From an uncultured Nitrosopumilaceae archaeon (GTDB lineage Archaea; Thermoproteota; Nitrososphaeria; Nitrososphaerales; Nitrosopumilaceae): a DNA stretch of 43,049 nucleotides. Shown here piece after piece: positions 38,191 through 43,049 of the stretch. The stretch spans positions 8,928 to 51,976 of the forward strand of contig CAZQXU010000001.1 in NCBI GenBank assembly GCA_964597385.1, in the 5' to 3' direction. Within the stretch, counting starts at the first letter, position 1; the number at the start of each line of letters is the position of its first letter. Both the position numbers and the translations under genes were made by a program. Under the pieces are notes generated by a model. It did no database searches, was not told the origin of the DNA, and saw nothing but the letters and a program-made list of their open reading frames with translations.

Positions 38191-38887
38191 GGTACTTGAA
38201 ATTAATAATTTAAGTAAAATTTATGGTGTCGGCGAAAACATGGTAAAAGCCTTAGATAATGTATCATTTTCAATTGAAAAAGGAGAATTTGTATTAATTG
38301 TAGGCAGCTCTGGTTCGGGAAAATCTACCTTACTTAACATGATAGGTCTTTTAGATCGTCCTACAAATGGTAAAGTCTTCATCGATGGAACAGACACATC
38401 AAATCTATCTGACAATCAAATCTCAACATTTAGAAATAAAAAATTAGGATTTATTTTCCAATTTTCAAATCTTTTAACTGATCTTACTGTTCTTGAAAAT
38501 GTATTACTGCCAAGAGAAATTGCTGGAACTACAGAATCTGCTGAAAAAAATGCTAGAGAATTATTGAAAGCCGTTGGATTAGAGAATCAAATTAACAAAA
38601 GAGCAAATAAAATTTCAGGGGGACAAGCGCAAAGAGCAGCAATTGCTAGAGGTTTGATAAATAACCCTTCAATCGTTTTAGCTGATGAACCAACTGGTAA
38701 TTTGGATTCTGTTACTTCGAAAATAATTGTTGATTTGATGAAATCAATGGCAAAAGAATTGAATCAAACATTCATCATTGTTACTCATGATCAACAACAT
38801 TTTGGAGAAGCCGATCGAGTAATTACAATTAAAGATGGAAAAGCATCAGAGGGAAATCAACCATCTGAAATGGAGGTTTTAGCATGA
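38183..38887 (+). CDS. LolD/MacB-type ABC ATPase; probable CTG start 38183 (track start 38240)
   Basis: GSSGSGKST, ISGGQ, LADEPTGNLD and VTHD motifs; upstream in-frame SKVLEINNLSKIYG. Confidence 0.93.
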   Translation: MSKVLEINNLSKIYGVGENMVKALDNVSFSIEKGEFVLIVGSSGSGKSTLLNMIGLLDRPTNGKVFIDGTDTSNLSDNQISTFRNKKLGFIFQFSNLLTDLTVLENVLLPREIAGTTESAEKNARELLKAVGLENQINKRANKISGGQAQRAAIARGLINNPSIVLADEPTGNLDSVTSKIIVDLMKSMAKELNQTFIIVTHDQQHFGEADRVITIKDGKASEGNQPSEMEVLA

Positions 38888-40185
38888 TAAATTACAAAAT
38901 TTTATTTTCATTGATTATGTTACTGCTTATTCCATTAATTGTTGATGATTCATACGCTCAAATCAAATCTGGTGGTTTTGGCCAATCACCATTTGAAAGA
39001 GATTTTGGAGATGTAAAATTCCTAGAAGGATATTTTGGAACACTTGATAAGAAAATAGAAGTTGATCCTGGTGATGATAATGTCCCATTTACTGTAGTAT
39101 TTGCAAATGTAGGAACACAAGATATTACTGGAATTAAAGGTCAACTATCCCTTCCAGTTGGATTTTCTTCAGCAGATGGTCATGGTTCCCTAATAACTGC
39201 CAATAGTGATTCCAATTCATTAGCAGGTAGTATTTTCCATATGACATTTAATGTAAATATTGATAAAAATATTCAAATTAAACAATATCCAGGTACTGTT
39301 AAAGTTGATTATTCTAGAATAAGAGAATCTGGAGTTAGAACTTCATTTTCTGAATTTACCTTTAAAGTTACAGGAGATAGTATAATCAATGTTAAAGCAT
39401 TGGATCCATTCCTCACATCTTTGAAATTAAACAATGTTGTAATTGAAATTACAAATGATGGAACTGCACCGTTATCTAGTGTTGATATTGTAGCTACTAA
39501 TACTCAAACAGAACTTGCATCTACTTCATCATCAACTACCAATGTTGAAAATGTAGTGATCTTAGAATCTAATTGGGATGTTGGCAACATAAATCCAAAA
39601 TCATCTAGATATCTTACTGCTACAGTATACGTACCTGGAAATCTTCAACAAGATACACTACGAATTCCATTGTCTATTCAATTCTATAATGCACATGGTG
39701 ATTTGCAAACTATTTCTAAAATTGTTGATTTCTACATTAGAGGATTGATTGAACTTAACATGTATGATGTTGGAGTAATTGAATTATCTAATACACAAAT
39801 GGTTGTTGGAGAAATAATAAATGAAGGAAATGAAAATGCAGTATTTGGTTTTGTTACAATTGAGCCTAAGGGTGACTCAAATATTAAAACAAAAACTCAA
39901 TTTATTGACGAAATAGAAATTGATTCGCCTGTGCCATTTAACATTCCATTAGAATTTGATGGTGAACCCAAATATGGCGAACATGATATCAAACTAACTG
40001 TAAGATACAAAGATAGTGTTAGAGATGAAATACTGTATACACATGATGCTACAATATTTGTAAAAGAACCAGAAAAAATTCAATCTGATAATAGTTTTAT
40101 GATTATTATTCCATTAATGGCAGCCGCTGCAATAGGACTCTATGTTCTTCGTAGGCGTAAAAAATCAAAAATTCAGGCCAGTTAA
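38884..40185 (+). CDS. Exported multi-Ig-like (COG1361/S-layer-domain-like) protein with C-terminal anchor
   Basis: Signal peptide; three N.G-containing beta-sandwich repeats (ANVG, TNDG, INEG); TM followed by RRRKK; ATGA overlap with the ATPase. Confidence 0.8.
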   Translation: MINYKILFSLIMLLLIPLIVDDSYAQIKSGGFGQSPFERDFGDVKFLEGYFGTLDKKIEVDPGDDNVPFTVVFANVGTQDITGIKGQLSLPVGFSSADGHGSLITANSDSNSLAGSIFHMTFNVNIDKNIQIKQYPGTVKVDYSRIRESGVRTSFSEFTFKVTGDSIINVKALDPFLTSLKLNNVVIEITNDGTAPLSSVDIVATNTQTELASTSSSTTNVENVVILESNWDVGNINPKSSRYLTATVYVPGNLQQDTLRIPLSIQFYNAHGDLQTISKIVDFYIRGLIELNMYDVGVIELSNTQMVVGEIINEGNENAVFGFVTIEPKGDSNIKTKTQFIDEIEIDSPVPFNIPLEFDGEPKYGEHDIKLTVRYKDSVRDEILYTHDATIFVKEPEKIQSDNSFMIIIPLMAAAAIGLYVLRRRKKSKIQAS

Positions 40186-40229
40186 AATTAAATTTTAAAT
40201 TAGAAATAATTGAAAAAGAACTGTTTAAA

Positions 40230-40562
40230 ATGAGATTATCCATTATTGTCATGATTGCAGTTTTAGCTATAGGAAGTATTGTGATCTCTTTTGGATATAT
40301 TACAAATCAAAATTCTTCAGAAACTATTGAGCAATCCGATCCATACGAAAAACTACAAACTTACAAAGAAGAACTAGAAAAAATTAACCAATATAATCAA
40401 AAACTCCTTTTAGAATTAGAAGATAAACTGATTAATTCTGATAATTCTAGTTTAAATCAACTAAACCAAGAGATCTCCGTACTAAAACGAGTAATTAATG
40501 ATAATAAATTGGAACTTGAGCAAGTTATAAAAAAACTCTCTACTATGAATTCATCGCCTTAA
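40230..40562 (+). CDS. Membrane-anchored coiled-coil protein
   Basis: N-terminal TM and heptad pattern. Confidence 0.7.
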   Translation: MRLSIIVMIAVLAIGSIVISFGYITNQNSSETIEQSDPYEKLQTYKEELEKINQYNQKLLLELEDKLINSDNSSLNQLNQEISVLKRVINDNKLELEQVIKKLSTMNSSP

Positions 40563-40758
40563 ACTCGATCTATCTAATTCCCTATTCTGGGACATTTGCA
40601 TTATTGTTATATGATTAAGTTGAGATGATATGAATCAGGCATGGCAAACAGCATATTTCTATTTCTAGTCGGTAGTATAGTTGGATTCATTACAACACCG
40701 TTTCTTTGAATCCATTTTTTATTTCTAAATTCATATACATAGAAAAAAACCAAAAATA

Positions 40759-40959
40759 ATGCGAAATCATCAAAAATTGACTATTGTTGGTATGATCTTA
40801 TTGGCTGCTACTTATTTAATTTCTAATCATGAAGAAAATCTTCCTGGAATTGGATTCAATTATGCTTACATTACTGGAGTTTCAATGTTGATTGTATTTA
40901 TTCTGAGTTTCATATTATTTGGAAAAGATAGAATAAAAGAATCTAAATCTAAAAAATAA
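40759..40959 (+). CDS. Small two-TM membrane protein
   Basis: 66 aa, two hydrophobic segments, basic tail. Confidence 0.7.
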   Translation: MRNHQKLTIVGMILLAATYLISNHEENLPGIGFNYAYITGVSMLIVFILSFILFGKDRIKESKSKK

Positions 40960-41025
40960 ATTTTTCTAGGCATAAAAAATATGAAGATTTTTTAATTTTA
41001 TTATGACTAAGATTATAAGCGAATA

Positions 41026-41427
41026 ATGGTTCTTGCGTTTATGCCAATAGATGAAATTGAAATACCAAAGGAGTTACGAGAATTCATGATAGATGGAGCA
41101 CACGAAACTATGCTTGGACAAAAAAATGGTGCAAATAAACAATATCGATATGGTAATTTGCACATAAGAGAATATGATGATAAATTTTTAGTTCATACTG
41201 ATAAAATTGATCCTAGAAAAGATCCATTGGGTCATTTAGTATATGATGCTCCAGAAGTTCTAATTGGAATTGCATGTTCTATTTTGGGTGGCTCAAAAAT
41301 TGCAAAATTATTTCTTAAAAATAATAAATCCAAAAATTCAACTTTAGCAGCTACTATCACATCTTCCATAATTGCTGGATACATTGGATATGTTGCAACA
41401 AAAAAAATTAAAAATTATTTAGAATAA
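41026..41427 (+). CDS. Hypothetical protein with His/Asp-rich domain and two C-terminal TM helices
   Basis: LHIREY...HTDKIDP..DPLGHLVYDAPE. Confidence 0.8.
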   Translation: MVLAFMPIDEIEIPKELREFMIDGAHETMLGQKNGANKQYRYGNLHIREYDDKFLVHTDKIDPRKDPLGHLVYDAPEVLIGIACSILGGSKIAKLFLKNNKSKNSTLAATITSSIIAGYIGYVATKKIKNYLE

Positions 41428-41429
41428 TT

Positions 41430-42977
41430 ATGTCAAACATAAGAACCATTCAAGTACTTTACAAACTACTTCCTTCAATTTTGGCATTACGAAAAGATAG
41501 ACGAAAATGGGTTAAAACAGAAGGTAAAGATACTGATTTAGAAAAATATCGTAAGAATGCACGTAAAGTTTTAAACACTTTCATTTCATTAGGACCTGTT
41601 TACATAAAATTAGGACAATGGCTTTCATCAAGGGCTGATATTTTACCACAACCATACTTGGAAGAACTTGCTAAGCTACAAGATAATGTTCCAGCAGCTC
41701 CATTTGATTTGGTAAAACCAATTATTGAAAATGACATCGGACCACTTGATGAAAAATTTGAAAGCGTAGATGAAAATCCTCTCTCTGGTGCATCATTAGG
41801 TCAAGTTTATCGAGGAAGAATATCCGGTCAAGAGATTGTAATTAAAGTAAAAAGACCTGGTATTGAAAAAGTTGTAGAAGAGGATCTTAAAGTCTTAAAA
41901 AAAATACTTCCAATGGCATTGAGATTTGTAGATCCCAACTTACGTTTTTCTGCAAGAGCAATGCTTTCACAATTTATTGAAACTATTCATGAAGAGATGG
42001 ATTATACGATAGAATCAGCAAATCTCAAAAAAATCAAACAAGACATGAAGAAAAGCAACATAGCAATTCCCTCTGTATATGATGATTATTCTTCAAAAAA
42101 TGTACTTACTATGGAATACCTTCCTGGTATCAAAATTACCAATATAGAAGCACTTGATGAGAAGGGAATTGATAGGCACAAACTAGTCATTGATGTTCAT
42201 AAGGTCTTTTTCACCATGCTTTTACGTCATTCATTATTTCATGCAGATCCTCATCCGGGAAACATTTCAGTAACAGATGATGGAAAACTGATTCTTTATG
42301 ATTATGGAATGGTTGGGAGATTAGACAATGATACTAGATTAAGACTGATTCGACTTTATCTTGCCCTAGTTGAGAAAGATCCACCTCGAACAGTTAACGC
42401 GATGGCAGACCTCGGAATGCTAACTCCTGATTTTAATCGTTCAGTTATAGAAAAAGGAATAGAATTGGCAGTTCGTGCAATGCACGGAAAAAAACCTGAT
42501 GAAATGGAAGTACAAAGTTTGATGGAACTTGCAAACAAAACAATGAGTAAATTTCCATTTGTTCTTCCAAAAAATTTAGCATTATACATGAGAATGGCAT
42601 CTATTATTGAAGGAATTTACAAAACACACAAAGTTGATTTTAAATTTGTCAAAGTACTAAGAGAAATTTTAGAAGAAGAACATTTAATCAAAGATGCATA
42701 CATTGAAGAACTCAAATATTCATTTCAAAGATTTGCAAAATCAATTGATGCCACTATCTCAATTGCTCCGGAACTTAAGAAATTCATTGATGAAAATAGA
42801 TCAATCCAACTAAATACAAAACCTAAATCCAATGTTTTACTTTCTGGAAGTATACTTTCATCTGCAATATTTGTTGGTTCTACGGTTTTGTATACTACAA
42901 ATGAATCTCTAGGAATTACTGGAATAATTGGTTCTTTGATAATAATGAGTATTTTTACAATATTTAGAAAACGATAA
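41430..42977 (+). CDS. ABC1/UbiB/AarF atypical kinase
   Basis: IKLGQ, ASLGQV, VIKV, HADPHPGN and DYG motifs; C-terminal TMs. Confidence 0.94.
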   Translation: MSNIRTIQVLYKLLPSILALRKDRRKWVKTEGKDTDLEKYRKNARKVLNTFISLGPVYIKLGQWLSSRADILPQPYLEELAKLQDNVPAAPFDLVKPIIENDIGPLDEKFESVDENPLSGASLGQVYRGRISGQEIVIKVKRPGIEKVVEEDLKVLKKILPMALRFVDPNLRFSARAMLSQFIETIHEEMDYTIESANLKKIKQDMKKSNIAIPSVYDDYSSKNVLTMEYLPGIKITNIEALDEKGIDRHKLVIDVHKVFFTMLLRHSLFHADPHPGNISVTDDGKLILYDYGMVGRLDNDTRLRLIRLYLALVEKDPPRTVNAMADLGMLTPDFNRSVIEKGIELAVRAMHGKKPDEMEVQSLMELANKTMSKFPFVLPKNLALYMRMASIIEGIYKTHKVDFKFVKVLREILEEEHLIKDAYIEELKYSFQRFAKSIDATISIAPELKKFIDENRSIQLNTKPKSNVLLSGSILSSAIFVGSTVLYTTNESLGITGIIGSLIIMSIFTIFRKR

Positions 42978-43049
42978 TTATTCTATGGGAATATCTTTAC
43001 CGTGTTTTTTAACTAAAATTATTATTGTTAATACACCATTATCATATTT
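42978..43049 (-). CDS. C-terminus of a small heat-shock protein (Hsp20), partial
   Basis: Hand translation KYDNGVLTIIILVKKHGKDIPIE*: YxNGVL plus terminal IxI motif. Confidence 0.8.
   Translation of the reverse strand, partial: KYDNGVLTIIILVKKHGKDIPIE

Noticed and set aside
40563-40715. Cys-containing minus-strand fragments (MDSKKRCC..., ICCLPC, CKCP) as a pseudogene
   Set aside because: Pieces lie in different frames with several stops and no recognisable homology
512-42589. Antisense or overlapping ORFs in the track (e.g. 512, 591, 1638, 10172, 11254, 19329, 20049, 32043, 36356, 42356)
   Set aside because: Shadows of well-supported genes with no motifs of their own
1-43049. CRISPR array, IS element or defence island
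   Set aside because: No regularly spaced repeats, transposase, cas or restriction genes recognised

Overview
AT-rich, gene-dense chromosomal segment of an ammonia-oxidising archaeon (Nitrosopumilaceae, Nitrosopumilus/Nitrosarchaeum-like, judged from gene content and protein sequences). Most of it is core genome: rpoL-tfs-pcn, aspartate kinase, tyrS, cobalamin genes (cbiH/cobJ, bluB), rtcA, nadM, egsA, psmB-aCPSF1, SepF-like, the archaeal CoA operon (pok-pps-panB-coaBC), PhoU and Lrp regulators, a MacB-type ABC module and a UbiB kinase. There are two tRNAs: tRNA-Arg(CCT) with a non-canonical D-loop intron, and tRNA-Val(GAC) with C33. Several small ORFs are missing from the supplied track, including a metallothionein-like peptide and tandem paralogous microproteins. 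I found no CRISPR array, integrase or transposase. The best leads are an anchorless MtrA-like corrinoid protein coupled to a DegT aminotransferase, the Cys-rich microproteins, the Lrp/ABC/surface-protein module with a probable CUG start, and a small possibly foreign patch at 7.4-8.5 kb. None is demonstrably a new system from sequence alone.
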